NCBI GenBank assembly: GCA_965218585.1
Contig: CBDCLE010000011.1
Span: forward strand, 77,620 to 141,619
Reading direction: 5' to 3'
DNA: 64,000 nt
Source: Terriglobia bacterium
Lineage (GTDB): Bacteria > Acidobacteriota > Terriglobia > 20CM-2-55-15
Both the position numbers and the translations under genes were made by a program. Shown here piece by piece: positions 20,215-31,215 of the stretch. The notes under the pieces are model-generated. The model made no database searches, was not told where the DNA came from, and saw only the letters and a program-made list of their open reading frames with translations. The first letter of the stretch is position 1, and each line of letters opens with the position of its first letter.

Positions 20215-22921
20215 TCGGGTCTTCGGCCGGGCCTGGCAAGAGCGCGTCGTTTTCGCTCAGGAAGAAACCCGAGGAAAAGGAATGAATCGGGCAGTACGTG
20301 TGTGGAACTGTGCCGAAGATAAATGCCTGTGTGAATCGGGTCTCACAGTAAGGCGTCGCCAGCGTCAAAGTGTCCCCGTCAATGCTGACCATTTCGACGC
20401 CGGGGGGATCATAGAAGTTCATGTCTTCGTCTTCCCGGACAGGGTAAAGCTCATCGGCCGCCAACATGAATGACACCCAGATGGGCAGAGCTGAGCGCGA
20501 GCCTTCCAGATCCAATTCCCGGTTGTCATCGAAGCCAACCCAGGCAATGGCCAGCAGGTCCTTGGTATACCCCGCGAACCAGCCGTCTCTGGATGTGCCC
20601 GTTTTGCCTGCAGCAGGTAACCGAAATCCTCTGGCCCGGACGCCCGCCCCCGTGCCCCGATTTATGACGTTTTCCAGGAGGTTGGTCATCAGGTACGCAA
20701 GTTCGGGTGCGATGACTTGTTCCGATTCCATCTGATACGTTTCGATCACGTCACCGTCTTCGTCAGCAACCTGTCGGATTGACCGGGGTTCTACGCGGAC
20801 ACCCTCATTGGCGAGCGCGGTGTAGGCTCCTGCCATTTCGATCGGAGTCACTTCAAACGATCCCAGAGCAATCGAAGGATACGGGCGGATGTCGGCGTTG
20901 AGGCCGACACGGTGCGCGAGGTCGGCGATACGGTCGAATCCAACGCGCTCTGCGACTTTCACCGTAGGAACGTTGAGCGAGCGCTGGAGCGCCTCCCGGA
21001 CGGGGATCATCCCGTAGAAGACGTTCTTGTAATTGTTCGGCTCGTAGTACTTGTCGTCTTCGTAAAAGAAAAGAGTCGGCTCATCCATCACTGTCGTGAC
21101 CGGCGTAATGACCAACGCTTCGCCGATTGTTCCGAGTTCGTCTCTGTCCGGAAGCACGATGAAATCCATTTCTTCCAGAAGTCCGTCCGCCGCCTCTTCT
21201 TCTCCCGTCTTCAGGGGGTGGTCGGCTGCAGACTGAAGTATTCGGCCTGCGTCAGAACGAGGCCTTTCATCGATTTCTTCTTCCTCTTCGCCTTACATCT
21301 ACCGAAACCGCTTCCTCGATTTCTTCTTCAGTATCGGGCATCAAGCGCGTAGGCAAATCCGTCGAGAAGAATCGCTTCGGAGCTTTCATCCACTTCTTCG
21401 ACTGGATCGACTATCGGGTTGAACGCTGTTTCGAAAGCAGTTGCGTATACGAAGGGCTTGAAGATGGAACCGGGCTGACGGAATGCCTCGGTGATCCGGT
21501 TGTATTGGCTGGCGCCATAGTCGCGGCCGCCAACCATGGCCTTGATTTCTCACCGGTATGCGGGTCCAGGGCAATCAATGACGCCTGGACTGGGGGCCGT
21601 GCCCGAAGAAGTGCCGCGCCCTAAGGCTTCCAGTTGTGCGTCGACTTGAGCGATGCCCAATGCTACGGCTTCGACGGCGGCCTTCTGGAGATCCGGATCG
21701 ATAGTGGTGTAAATACTCAGTCCATCGTTGATCAGTTCTTCCTGCGAAAAGTCGTTGAGCAGCTGGTCCCGAATGTAGTCCACCATGTACGGGGCTTCGC
21801 TCTCATCCACTCTCATCTCGGCAATCTGAATTTCTGAGTCCCGCGCCCCGGCAAGCTGCGTCATGTTGATCATGTCCAGATCGTACATTCCGTCCAACAC
21901 GATGTTGCGGCGCTCAATCGAGCGTTCCATGTTGTTTCGAGGCGAGTAGGCGCTCGGGGCAGGGAGCATGCCCACCAACGTGGCTGCTTCCGAGATCGTC
22001 AAGTCTGAGATGTCTTTTTCCAAAGTACGCAGCGGCCGCTTCTCCGAAGCCGTGGATGGCAAAGGAGCCGCGGTTACCCAGATACATTTCGTTGGCGTAC
22101 ATGGTCAGGATGTCGGATTTCGAGAGGCGCTGCTCTAGGATCAGAGCCATGAAAATTTCCGGAATCTTGCGGTTCCACGTCCGGTCGCCGCGATCGAGGA
22201 AAAAGCTGCCCGCCAGCTGCATCGTCAATGTGCTTGCGCCCTGGAGATTTTCACTCCGGACATAAGTGGCTATGAAGGCCCCGCCGGCCCTGATGAGATC
22301 GATTCCCAAGTGTCGGAAGAAACGCTGATCTTCGGAAGCGACAATGGCATCGGTCAGATGGGGCGGTAGCTGTTCCCATTCGAGAAGTCGTCGCTTTTCC
22401 CGGGTATCGTCAAAGAGGCTTGTTACCAGTTCGGGAGGTAACGCGACTTGATCGACTTCAAACCCGGTGAGCATTTCCTGAACACGGCCGACGAGGGTTC
22501 CGCTGAAATCGACCCGATAGTCGGGACCCCGGTCCGGAGAGATGATGATGCTGGAGCCTTGATCGCCGGGGATGAACTGGTAGACGTTGTCCTCGGAAGG
22601 CGTTCGGTCTCGCGGTTCGAGTCCGGCGCGCCGCAGGCGAAGGATAACGTCGGTGGGGGCGATCTCCTGACCCGTGTAGACGATGTATGGAGTAGCGTAA
22701 ATTCGGGCGGCGTTCTTGAAGATTTCACCGGAAAGCCTGCGATCGATGATCGTGGCATAGATGTTGTAGTAGTGCATGAACACTACGCCACCACCGATCG
22801 CCGCAATCAGCATCAGCGCTGCGGAGATCTTGACAAAAGGGGAAAGCAGGAAAGATCTTACGGCTCCTGACTTTTGCTTCGACCTTCCGGTCCGTTTCCG
22901 GGTGCTGGTCTGCCTCTGCAT
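20144..22921 (-). CDS. mrcB: Class A penicillin-binding protein (PBP1B-like), split by several indels
   Basis: TM anchor, UB2H-like region, [14 protein letters not shown] (glycosyltransferase); [15 protein letters not shown] (transpeptidase) in successive frames. Confidence 0.85.
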
Positions 22922-22995
22922 AACCGATTTATTATAGCCCAGAAGACGAGTTAAGGTTCAGAAAGGAGCATAGTTAGCCTCCTTGGCCGTATCCC

Positions 22996-23424
22996 TCAGG
23001 CGGAGTCGGGTGATTCGGCAGCCCGTAGTCGTTCGTAGTGTTGGCTCGGGATTGTCGTGGGGCGTGCCCGCTCTTTGTCCACAACAATATGCTTCGTGCT
23101 TCCCTCAGCCAGAAGCTTGCCGGTTTGTGCGTGAGTGATTTCGTAGGAGAAGAGCATCGTTCTTTTCCTGAGGCGCTTCAAAGATGTGCGAATGAGGATT
23201 TCGTCATCGTAGCGGGCGGGCGAATGGTACCGGCACTCGGCGTCAGCTACGGCGATGGCGACGCCGTCGTTCGCCTCCATGTCGCTGTAGCGGAAGCCGG
23301 ATTCCAGACAGAAATCAGTGCGCCCGATTTCCATCCATACCAGGTAGTTCGAGTAGTAGACGACACCCATTTGATCGGTCTCTGCGTAGCGGACCCGAAT
23401 TCGGGTTTCTGCAACAATAGACAT
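22996..23424 (-). CDS. Acyl-CoA thioesterase (YbgC/4HBT family)
   Basis: RVRYAETDQMGVVYYSNY, PARYDDE. Confidence 0.88.
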   Translation of the reverse strand: MSIVAETRIRVRYAETDQMGVVYYSNYLVWMEIGRTDFCLESGFRYSDMEANDGVAIAVADAECRYHSPARYDDEILIRTSLKRLRKRTMLFSYEITHAQTGKLLAEGSTKHIVVDKERARPTTIPSQHYERLRAAESPDSA

Positions 23425-23549
23425 TACGGATTACCTTAAAGCACTGGCACTCAGCCCCTCCCTCATTGGGAGTGCCGACACATTGTACTCTCTTGCTTGA
23501 CCCCTGTCGGGGATGCGGCTAGCATGGCCAAACATCAGAGGAGACAACC

Positions 23550-24599
23550 ATGAGACTTTCCAGCCGCATATTGGTCGTTGCAGTGTGCCTGGCCCTGTCG
23601 TCAACGGCCGCCTTTTACCAGGCGCAGACTGTACCCGACATCGTAACGGCCGCCAACGCGTTTCTGGCAGCCCTCGATGCCACCCAGTCCGACACGGCAC
23701 GGTTCGACTTCGAGGATGAAGAAAGAATGAACTGGTTCTTCACTCCTGTCCCCCGTCAGGGACTCACGTTGGGAGAGATGGAGCCGTACCAGCAGCAACT
23801 GGCACAGGCTTTGGTCGCAGCTACGTTGAGTTCGAGAGGGGCTGTCAAGGCCGTGACAATCCTGAGCCTCGAGCAAATTCTGTATGAACTCGAGGGTGGA
23901 GAGGCCGCCCGGATCAGGCGCGATCCCGAACTCTATTATTTCAGTATCTTCGGCGAACCCTCCATGACGGGCACGTGGGGATGGCGCATGGAGGGTCACC
24001 ATATTTCGGTCAACCTGACGATGGACGACGGCGAGGTCATCGCCTCAGCGCCGACCTTCCTCGGTTCGAATCCTGCCGAAGTCAAGGAAGGACCCCGCCA
24101 GGGCTTGAGAGTTCTGGGAAGGGAAGAGGACCTCGCGCGAGGCCTGCTGTCTTCACTGGACGCGACTCAGACGGAAACCGCCATCATTGAGGAGACCGCT
24201 TTCAGGGATATTCTCACCAGCAATTCCAGAGTTGCCGAGATCGAAGGAGATCGGGCCGGCCTAGCTGCCTCGGACATGACCGAGGAACAGAGGAACCAAT
24301 TGGCGTCCCTGATCGGCGAATACGCCAATCGACTGTCGCCGAATATCGCCACCGACACGTTGGGACGGATTCGCGAGGCCGGCGTCGACGAAATCCACTT
24401 CGCGTGGGCCGGCAGTGCGGAGCGGGGAGATGCGCACTATTACCGGGTCCATGGGCCGACGTTTCTGATCGAGTACGACAACACACAGAACAACGCGAAC
24501 CATGTCCATTCGGTGTTTCGCGATCTGGAGAACGATTTCGGACGTGACACGCTCCGGGCGCATTACAGAACGGATCATCCGCGGGCGTTTGCTGATTGA
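23550..24599 (+). CDS. Secreted DUF3500-family protein
   Basis: Signal peptide; WGWRMEGHHIS, YYRVHGPTFLIEYDN, NHVHSVFRD, DFG. Confidence 0.8.
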   Translation: MRLSSRILVVAVCLALSSTAAFYQAQTVPDIVTAANAFLAALDATQSDTARFDFEDEERMNWFFTPVPRQGLTLGEMEPYQQQLAQALVAATLSSRGAVKAVTILSLEQILYELEGGEAARIRRDPELYYFSIFGEPSMTGTWGWRMEGHHISVNLTMDDGEVIASAPTFLGSNPAEVKEGPRQGLRVLGREEDLARGLLSSLDATQTETAIIEETAFRDILTSNSRVAEIEGDRAGLAASDMTEEQRNQLASLIGEYANRLSPNIATDTLGRIREAGVDEIHFAWAGSAERGDAHYYRVHGPTFLIEYDNTQNNANHVHSVFRDLENDFGRDTLRAHYRTDHPRAFAD

Positions 24600-24820
24600 G
24601 GCGTAAGAAGATAGGGGTGGGGCAAGCTGGCCCGGGAGCGATTGTCGAGTTTTCTCCGACTTCAGAAGGAGATTTCATCGTCCCAGTTGCGGCGGCAGGA
24701 ACATGAGCGCCGGGCCTACGAGCGCCGCTTTTCGAAAATGGCCCGCCGTCTCACGAAAGATCTGAACAAACGGAGATAAAACAAAGGGATCGCGCCTTCG
24801 TGTTGAAAAGCAGGTAAGGC

Positions 24821-26455
24821 CTAAACGTCAGGTTCTCGGTATGTGCCGTACACGCTTCGGAGGGTGTCACAGATCTCTCCCAAGGTGGCATATGCGCGGA
24901 CACAATCCAGAATAGGATCCATCATGTTCGCCTCGGCTTGGGCCGCTGCTTTCAAAGCACCCAGGGTTTCGGAAACTTTGGGATTGTCCCGCCGTTCACG
25001 CAGTTTTCTGAGATCTGCGATCTGCCGATCGGCAACGGCGTCATCGATCAGGAGGATGTCGATTGGCACCTCGTCTTCGACCTCGTACTCGTTGACGCCC
25101 ACTACGATCTTTTCCCTGTCCTCGATGGCGCGCTGGTAGGTATAAGCCGCGTCCTGGATTTCCCTCTGTGGAAAGCCTTTCTCGATGGCTTCTACCATGC
25201 CGCCAAGTCCGTCGAGCTTTTCGAAATACTCCCAGCAACCCTTTTCCATGTCGAGTGTCAGGCGTTCTACAAGGTAAGAACCGCCAAGCGGGTCCGCCGT
25301 GTTCGTTATCCCGCTTTCGTGCGCAATGATCTGCTGCGTCCGGAGCGCAATGCGCGCCGTCTCTTCGGTGGGCAGGGCCAGTGATTCGTCAAGCGAGTTC
25401 GTGTGCAACGACTGCGTGCCGCCCATGACCGCGGCCAGCGCCTGAATCGTCGTTCGGACGACGTTGTTGTAGGGCTGCTGCGCTGTCAGTGAACATCCTG
25501 CAGTCTGGGTGTGGAAACGAAGGACCGCGGCCTTCGGATTCTTCGATCCGAATCGATCCCGCATCACCCTGTACCAGATCTTCCGTGCCGCGCGGTACTT
25601 CGCTACTTCTTCGAAAAGATCGTTGTGCGCGTTGAAGAAGAAGGAAAGCCGGGGAACGAAGTCGTCGACATCCATTCCCCTGCGGCGGGCCCATTCGACG
25701 TACTCGATGCCGTCGTACAAAGTGAACGCCAACTCCTGTAAGGCGGTCGCTCCCGCTTCGCGAATGTGATATCCGCTGATCGAAATGGTGTTCCACCGGG
25801 GCACGTGCCGGGTACCGAATTCGATCGTATCCACGATCAGCTTCATGGAAGGCCGGGGCGGGAAGATATATGTCTTTTGTGCGATGTATTCCTTGAGAAG
25901 ATCGTTCTGTATCGTCCCCGAGAGCGTGTTCCATTCGACGCCCTGTTTTTCGGCCACCACGAGGTACATGGCCCAGATGATCGGTGCAGGCGCGTTCGTC
26001 GTCATGGAAGTGCTGATCTGGTCGAGCGGGAGCCCTTCGAACAGCGTTTCCATATCCTCCAGTGAGTCGATAGCGACGCCACACTTCCCCACCTCTCCTT
26101 CAGACATCGGATGGTCGGAGTCATACCCCATGAGCGTGGGCAGGTGGAACGCTACCGAAAGGCCCGTCTGACCGTGATCCAACAGATAGCGGAAGCGTTT
26201 GTTCGTGTCGAGAGCCGTTCCGAACCCACTGAACTGACGCATCGTCCATAGCCGCTCGCGGTACATGGCCTCGTGTATGCCGCGTGTGTAGGGTGGCTCT
26301 CCCGGTGCACCAAGATCTGTTTTCGGATCGAACCCAGGGAGATCCTCAGGTGTGTAAGACTCCTGGATCGGTACTCCGGAGACCGTCGTATAGCGGACTC
26401 TTCGACTGGCCGATTTCGCCTTCGAGGTCACGTCTTCTTTCAAGTCTTTGGCCAT
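24821..26455 (-). CDS. Methylmalonyl-CoA mutase family, large (catalytic) subunit
   Basis: [42 protein letters not shown]; no B12-binding domain. Confidence 0.92.
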   Translation of the reverse strand: MAKDLKEDVTSKAKSASRRVRYTTVSGVPIQESYTPEDLPGFDPKTDLGAPGEPPYTRGIHEAMYRERLWTMRQFSGFGTALDTNKRFRYLLDHGQTGLSVAFHLPTLMGYDSDHPMSEGEVGKCGVAIDSLEDMETLFEGLPLDQISTSMTTNAPAPIIWAMYLVVAEKQGVEWNTLSGTIQNDLLKEYIAQKTYIFPPRPSMKLIVDTIEFGTRHVPRWNTISISGYHIREAGATALQELAFTLYDGIEYVEWARRRGMDVDDFVPRLSFFFNAHNDLFEEVAKYRAARKIWYRVMRDRFGSKNPKAAVLRFHTQTAGCSLTAQQPYNNVVRTTIQALAAVMGGTQSLHTNSLDESLALPTEETARIALRTQQIIAHESGITNTADPLGGSYLVERLTLDMEKGCWEYFEKLDGLGGMVEAIEKGFPQREIQDAAYTYQRAIEDREKIVVGVNEYEVEDEVPIDILLIDDAVADRQIADLRKLRERRDNPKVSETLGALKAAAQAEANMMDPILDCVRAYATLGEICDTLRSVYGTYREPDV

Positions 26456-26482
26456 ATACAACATGGTATCGAACTTCTCTTC

Positions 26483-26572
26483 TAAAAGTAGGGACACGTC
26501 ACTCTTTTTGAGGTCGAACGGGTGTGAGACCAGACGCCCGTTGGTAAAAAGAGTGACCTGTTCCTACTTTTT
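26483..26572. repeat. REP-like inverted repeat between divergent mutase and proS
   Basis: AAAAGTAGGGACACGTCACTCTTTTT ... AAAAAGAGTGACCTGTTCCTACTTTT. Confidence 0.6.
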
Positions 26573-26660
26573 ACTATCGCGTCCCGCCTCTTCCATGCGC
26601 GACGTGCCGAGTGTGCTAAGATTCGCCGTTTACGCCGCGTGACAGGGGAAGGACTGAGGG

Positions 26661-28091
26661 ATGGCTGGAATAAAGATAACCAAGCGGGCCAACGATTATT
26701 CAAGGTGGTATACGGATGTGATCGCCGCGGCCGAGCTAGCGGATCATACACCTGTTAAGGGCTGCATGGTGATCCGTCCGAACGGTTATGCTATCTGGGA
26801 AAAAATGCAGCGGGCCCTGGACGACATGTTCAAGGAGACAGGACACGAGAATGCGTATTTTCCGTTGTTGATCCCCGAAAGCTTCCTTGCGAAAGAGGCC
26901 GAACATGTCGAGGGATTTGCGCCCGAAGTAGCGGCGGTGACTCACGCCGGAGGCGTAAAGCTGGAAGAACCTCTGGTGATCCGGCCGACTTCTGAAACGA
27001 TCATCTGGCATGCGTATCGAAACTGGATTCAGTCCTACCGCGACCTTCCTATCTTGATCAACCAGTGGGCCAATGTAGTCCGATGGGAGATGAGGACGCG
27101 ATTGTTTCTCAGGACGACGGAATTTCTCTGGCAGGAAGGCCATACGGCCCACGCGACTTACGACGATGCCGAGCGAGAAACGGTGACGATGCTCGGAGTG
27201 TACCGTCGGTTTGCGGAAGAGTTCATGGCCGTGCCAGTGCTGTCGGGACTCAAGAGCGAGGCCGAGAAATTTGCAGGGGCGCATCACACCTACTCGATTG
27301 AGGCCATGATGCAGGACGGCAAAGCGTTACAGGCTGGGACGTCGCATCATCTTGATCAGGGCTTTGCGAAGGCTTTCGACGTGAAGTTTCAGAATGAAAA
27401 GGGAGAGCAGGAATATGTCTATGCGACCAGCTGGGGCGTGTCGACTCGTTTGATCGGAGCATTGATCATGGCTCATAGCGACGACCGGGGAATCGTTCTC
27501 CCGCCCCGGCTTGCCGCGACACACGTGGTCATTATTCCGATCTTCAGAAAGCCCGAGCAACGGGCGGCGGTCATGGAGCGTGTGGATCAATTGACGGCCG
27601 GCTTCTACGGCATCGACTTCAAAGTGGACGATCGGGAACAACACAGCCCCGGGTGGAAGTTCAACCACTGGGAACAGCGAGGTGTGCCCCTGCGGATGGA
27701 GATCGGACCGAAGGATCTGGAGAAGAACCAGGTGGTTCTGGTGCGCCGGGACAACACGGAAAAGAGCTTCGTGTCCCAAGACGGGCTCGCGGCCACAATC
27801 AGCGACGCGTTGAGCGGCATTCAGTCGGGCCTCTACCAGCGCGCGCTGGAGTTTCGTGAGGCGCACACGCAGGAAGTGGACGATTACGGGGCCTTCAACG
27901 AGATACTCGATGGCGAGGGTGGTTTTCTCTGGAGCCACTGGTGCGGCGCTTCGGAATGTGAAGATAAGGTGAAAGCGGAGACGAAGGCCACAATCCGCTG
28001 TATTCCCACCGAAGGTGAGGCCGAACCGGGGAGTTGCATCAGATGTGGCGAAGCGTCGGAACGCCGGGTCGTCTTTGCACGCGCGTACTGA
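26661..28091 (+). CDS. proS: Proline-tRNA ligase (eukaryote/archaea-like type)
   Basis: [35 protein letters not shown]-terminal Zn motif and ARAY end. Confidence 0.96.
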   Translation: MAGIKITKRANDYSRWYTDVIAAAELADHTPVKGCMVIRPNGYAIWEKMQRALDDMFKETGHENAYFPLLIPESFLAKEAEHVEGFAPEVAAVTHAGGVKLEEPLVIRPTSETIIWHAYRNWIQSYRDLPILINQWANVVRWEMRTRLFLRTTEFLWQEGHTAHATYDDAERETVTMLGVYRRFAEEFMAVPVLSGLKSEAEKFAGAHHTYSIEAMMQDGKALQAGTSHHLDQGFAKAFDVKFQNEKGEQEYVYATSWGVSTRLIGALIMAHSDDRGIVLPPRLAATHVVIIPIFRKPEQRAAVMERVDQLTAGFYGIDFKVDDREQHSPGWKFNHWEQRGVPLRMEIGPKDLEKNQVVLVRRDNTEKSFVSQDGLAATISDALSGIQSGLYQRALEFREAHTQEVDDYGAFNEILDGEGGFLWSHWCGASECEDKVKAETKATIRCIPTEGEAEPGSCIRCGEASERRVVFARAY

Positions 28092-28195
28092 TCATCCCTG
28101 TTGAAGCTTACCTATCAACGATTGTTCGTCGCGTGGTCGCCGAAGTTCGATCTTCTTAATGTTGTCGTATGTGTTGCCATCGAAGACTACGCGGT

Positions 28196-29750
28196 TCTAT
28201 GGAAGGGGCTGTCAAGAGAAACACGTCCCCGCCGAGCGGACCACCGTACCCAACACTGTCGTGGCAGCCAGCCCCTGTCTCCGTTGAGACGAACTGTTGA
28301 TCCGGCATCGCAGAGAAGTCGATCACTCATCACAACGTGGTGTGGTTTCGAGAAACTGAAAAGCGCAAAGGGGTCGTGATTGCCGACCACGGTTCTATCT
28401 GAGCCTCGAGGGCTATCGCTTTTCCAGGTCGTGCGAGGGGGGATAGAGTATTACATGGGCCTTCAGCAAGCGCTGTGTGCCAACCGCGTATCGGATCCTC
28501 ACCCTCGACCCTACCGTTCCGACGCCTCACCGACGACGAGCGGTCGAATGCCTCGCGCTGTCGGCAGAAGTCTGGAAACGGCTATGTCGCCAAGTTCAGT
28601 TTCTTTGCGTTAAACGTGTCTCCTTTCTTCCACATCTTCAGTGCGGTCGCTGCAATCTTCCTCGCCAGTGTCAGCCGAGCCATCTCCTTACGCTTGCCGT
28701 CTTTCTGGAGCCCCTCCAGGTAGCTTTTCCAAGGTTCGGCCCCCATGCCTCCGGTCGCCGCCCCGATGAACACATCTTTCAAACGTCGGTTGCCGTTGCG
28801 GTTCAGTCCCCGCGTGGCGATCGGCTTTCGACGACGTACCACACGACTCCCTTCCTGCTCATACTCCGCACTCATGTGCATTGCCACGGCCAGACCGCTG
28901 TAGTTCCAGAGCTGGCGTTTGGTTCGAAATCGATGCGGGGTGTCCCCCGTCGCTACAATCAAGGCGCAACGTATCGGTCCCAACTGGGGAATCGTCTGCA
29001 ATATCCCCACCGCACGATGCTTGCGGCTCTCGGTTAACATCGCCAGCTTCGCTTTTTTTCTTAACCCTCTCAGATGATCCAGCTCCTCATACAACCATCC
29101 GGTACGCCGCCGTGCACCGGTATTGGCGAGCTGTTCGATCCAGTGTTCCCGCTGCGATGGGAGGTAGACGCCGTGGCCCGGCGTCCGGATCCCACGTCCT
29201 CGATACATTGCCTTGATCCGAACCATCGTCCGCTGCGTATCCAGGGTCAAGGTCTCATATCCGCGGACCAGTTCTTTCAACGTCCGCGTCGCATCGTGCC
29301 CGTGGTAGACCGACCGCAGCCATCCGGCCCGGAGCAGCTCGGCCAGTTTCAGGGCATCCACCCGGTCGGTCTTGGACCCGTCACTGAGCAGTTTGTTCCG
29401 TCTGGGATCACACACGATCACTTCGCTCACATATCCCCGGACCACGTTGTAGAGCCATTCGGCCTGCGTGGTTTCTTCAAACGTCACGTGCAGCTCACCA
29501 CTCAGACTCTCCAGCAAATCAATGATTGGCCCGGCCTGGGTCTCTACGATCTTTTCCCAGACCAGTTTGCCGTCTGCGTTTAAGACCATCACCACCGTCG
29601 TTGCCTGGTGCACATCCATGCCGATATACTTGGCCTGTTTCATTTACGTGCTCCTTTGTCTTTGAATTCAACGCAGCTACGTTGAATGGGTTGTTGTCGG
29701 GAGATTTTCCTCCTGGCAACAGCCGACAAAGGGGCGTCCTTCCTTATAGC
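28196..29750 (-). mobile_element. IS110-family (IS1111-type) element with long downstream non-coding region
   Basis: Ends defined by host-gene reconstruction; 2-bp core GT at 28194-28195 and 29751-29752; subterminal IR GGAAGG/CCTTCC. Confidence 0.85.
28582..29643 (-). CDS. IS110-family recombinase/transposase
   Basis: IGMDVHQ, FEET, KTDRVDA (DEDD RuvC-like); IPQLGP, YSGL, GNRRLK, LARK (Tnp20 domain). Confidence 0.93.
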   Translation of the reverse strand: MKQAKYIGMDVHQATTVVMVLNADGKLVWEKIVETQAGPIIDLLESLSGELHVTFEETTQAEWLYNVVRGYVSEVIVCDPRRNKLLSDGSKTDRVDALKLAELLRAGWLRSVYHGHDATRTLKELVRGYETLTLDTQRTMVRIKAMYRGRGIRTPGHGVYLPSQREHWIEQLANTGARRRTGWLYEELDHLRGLRKKAKLAMLTESRKHRAVGILQTIPQLGPIRCALIVATGDTPHRFRTKRQLWNYSGLAVAMHMSAEYEQEGSRVVRRRKPIATRGLNRNGNRRLKDVFIGAATGGMGAEPWKSYLEGLQKDGKRKEMARLTLARKIAATALKMWKKGDTFNAKKLNLAT

Positions 29751-30209
29751 GTAACGCTTGCGATTGGGTCCGTGCGTGGTCAACCCCCAGAGCAGGATGG
29801 AATCCCGACTGAAGGCCATCGACAGCGATTCGCGATTTCCCGAGAAAACGGGCTCGCGGGCCACCGCCCGGAAAAGAGTCCTCGAGACGAGACGCCACAT
29901 TACCAGCGGGAAAGAGTAGTTCAACCAGATCAGATGAGTAGCTCGTTCCCAGACAAGATCGCTCACCATTTGGTAGTTTCCGTCGGTGACCCATCGCTGA
30001 TTCTGAGTCTGTACGTCGACCTTGGATCGAAACTCTTCCGGTGGGCGTTCTTGCCAGTCAGGGCCCCAATACAGAGCATCGAGTTCGATGTGGTGTAGAT
30101 CGAGGGCATGTGCGAGGCGACGTGCGAGTACGGTCTTCCCAGAGCCGGTTGTGCCGATGATCGCGATTCGCATCACTGTTGAGGACCTTGCCGAAGAGTC
30201 AGTCTGTGA

Positions 30210-30845
30210 ATGAAGGTATCAAACGTGTCTGATGAATCACAGGTGTGGCTGCGGCAGTTTCTTTACCTCGGCCTGCTGACAGCGTTCGTGCAGGTATTGC
30301 AGACCACATCAGCATTGCTGTTGTGGATCGGGACGTCCTCGCCCATTCTGCTGGTTTTCGGGATGGATGCGCTTGTCGGCGGAACCCGTGAATTGATTCT
30401 GGCCAGACAGATTGCCCGGTACCATACTGCGGACGTGGATCCGGGGACGGACAGGGTGTTGTTTGGAATCGTGGCTGGCGGATACCTGTTGGTCGGTGCC
30501 ATCGCCCTTGTCTTGAGTGTCGGCCAACTCTGGGGGCGCCGGGCTCCGGAGGCGACCCTGCTGGGTCTGGCTCTGGCGGCGGCCTCCATGCTGATCGTTC
30601 CGATCATCGGGTCGTACATGAAGGCGCTGGCGATGGAAGTGCGCAGCCCGGCCCTGAAAGCTGCCGCGATCTTTACGTTCGGGAACTCCTACCTTTCGAT
30701 GGTGTTACTGATTGGCCTTCTGATTAACGCGGGCATGGAGCGATGGTGGGGCGACCCTCTCTGCGCCCTGATCATGTCACCGTTCATCATCTACAAGGGA
30801 ATTCAGATCCTGACCGAGCACAGGAGTGAAGAGTTTGCGGAATGA
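30210..30845 (+). CDS. Cation-efflux-like membrane protein
   Basis: About six TM helices; FGMDA and WWGDP resemble cation efflux TM domains. Confidence 0.55.
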   Translation: MKVSNVSDESQVWLRQFLYLGLLTAFVQVLQTTSALLLWIGTSSPILLVFGMDALVGGTRELILARQIARYHTADVDPGTDRVLFGIVAGGYLLVGAIALVLSVGQLWGRRAPEATLLGLALAAASMLIVPIIGSYMKALAMEVRSPALKAAAIFTFGNSYLSMVLLIGLLINAGMERWWGDPLCALIMSPFIIYKGIQILTEHRSEEFAE

Positions 30846-30926
30846 CCCAGGTTGGGCTCGACACACCCAAAAAAGGGAAAACTTGGCTTGCGATTTACCA
30901 GGTCATTAGGTGATAGTCAAAGAAGC

Positions 30927-30951
30927 AATGAAAATGACATTCGTTTTCATT
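30927..30951. promoter_or_regulatory. Fur-box-like operator upstream of feoAB
   Basis: GAAAATGACATTCGTTTTC (30930-30948) matches 14/19 of GATAATGATAATCATTATC; AATGAAAA/TTTTCATT palindrome. Confidence 0.7.
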
Positions 30952-30972
30952 TAGCCTGACTGGAGCCCTCTG

Positions 30973-31215
30973 GTGATTGAGTTAGACAGAACACGCCTGA
31001 AGTTGTCAGACGCGACGCTATCCCAGTGGTATCGGATCGAACGGCTGGACGGTCCCGAACTGGAGTGTCGCCGCCTGCTTGATCTGGGTTTCACTCCCAA
31101 CGAAAAGGTTGCCGTAGTGCGGTCGACGCCACTGGGAGATCCCCTCGTCGTTGCCGTTCGTGGAACGCAACTGGCCCTCCGAAAGCTCGAAGCTTCCTGG
31201 ATCCTAGTCCAGTGA
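30973..31215 (+). CDS. feoA: Ferrous iron transport protein A
   Basis: [19 protein letters not shown]. Confidence 0.9.
   Translation: MIELDRTRLKLSDATLSQWYRIERLDGPELECRRLLDLGFTPNEKVAVVRSTPLGDPLVVAVRGTQLALRKLEASWILVQ

Larger units (their letters stand above)
28092..30176 (-). pseudogene. FlaR/adenylate-kinase-like P-loop protein interrupted by IS110 (5' part 29751-30176, 3' part 28092-28193)
   Basis: GTTGSGKT, ELDALYWGPDW, WVTDGNY; removing the IS restores in-frame ...NRKRY-RVVFDGNTYDNIKKIELRRPRDEQSLIGKLQQG*. Confidence 0.82.

Noticed and set aside
26661-28091. Eukaryote/archaea-type ProRS as a recent horizontal transfer
   Set aside because: This type is widespread in bacteria, and the gene resembles its housekeeping neighbours in composition.
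29640-30176. P-loop ORF overlapping the IS110 start as an IS passenger or operon partner
   Set aside because: Its last ~36 codons are read-through into the IS end; the real 3' end lies at 28092-28193.
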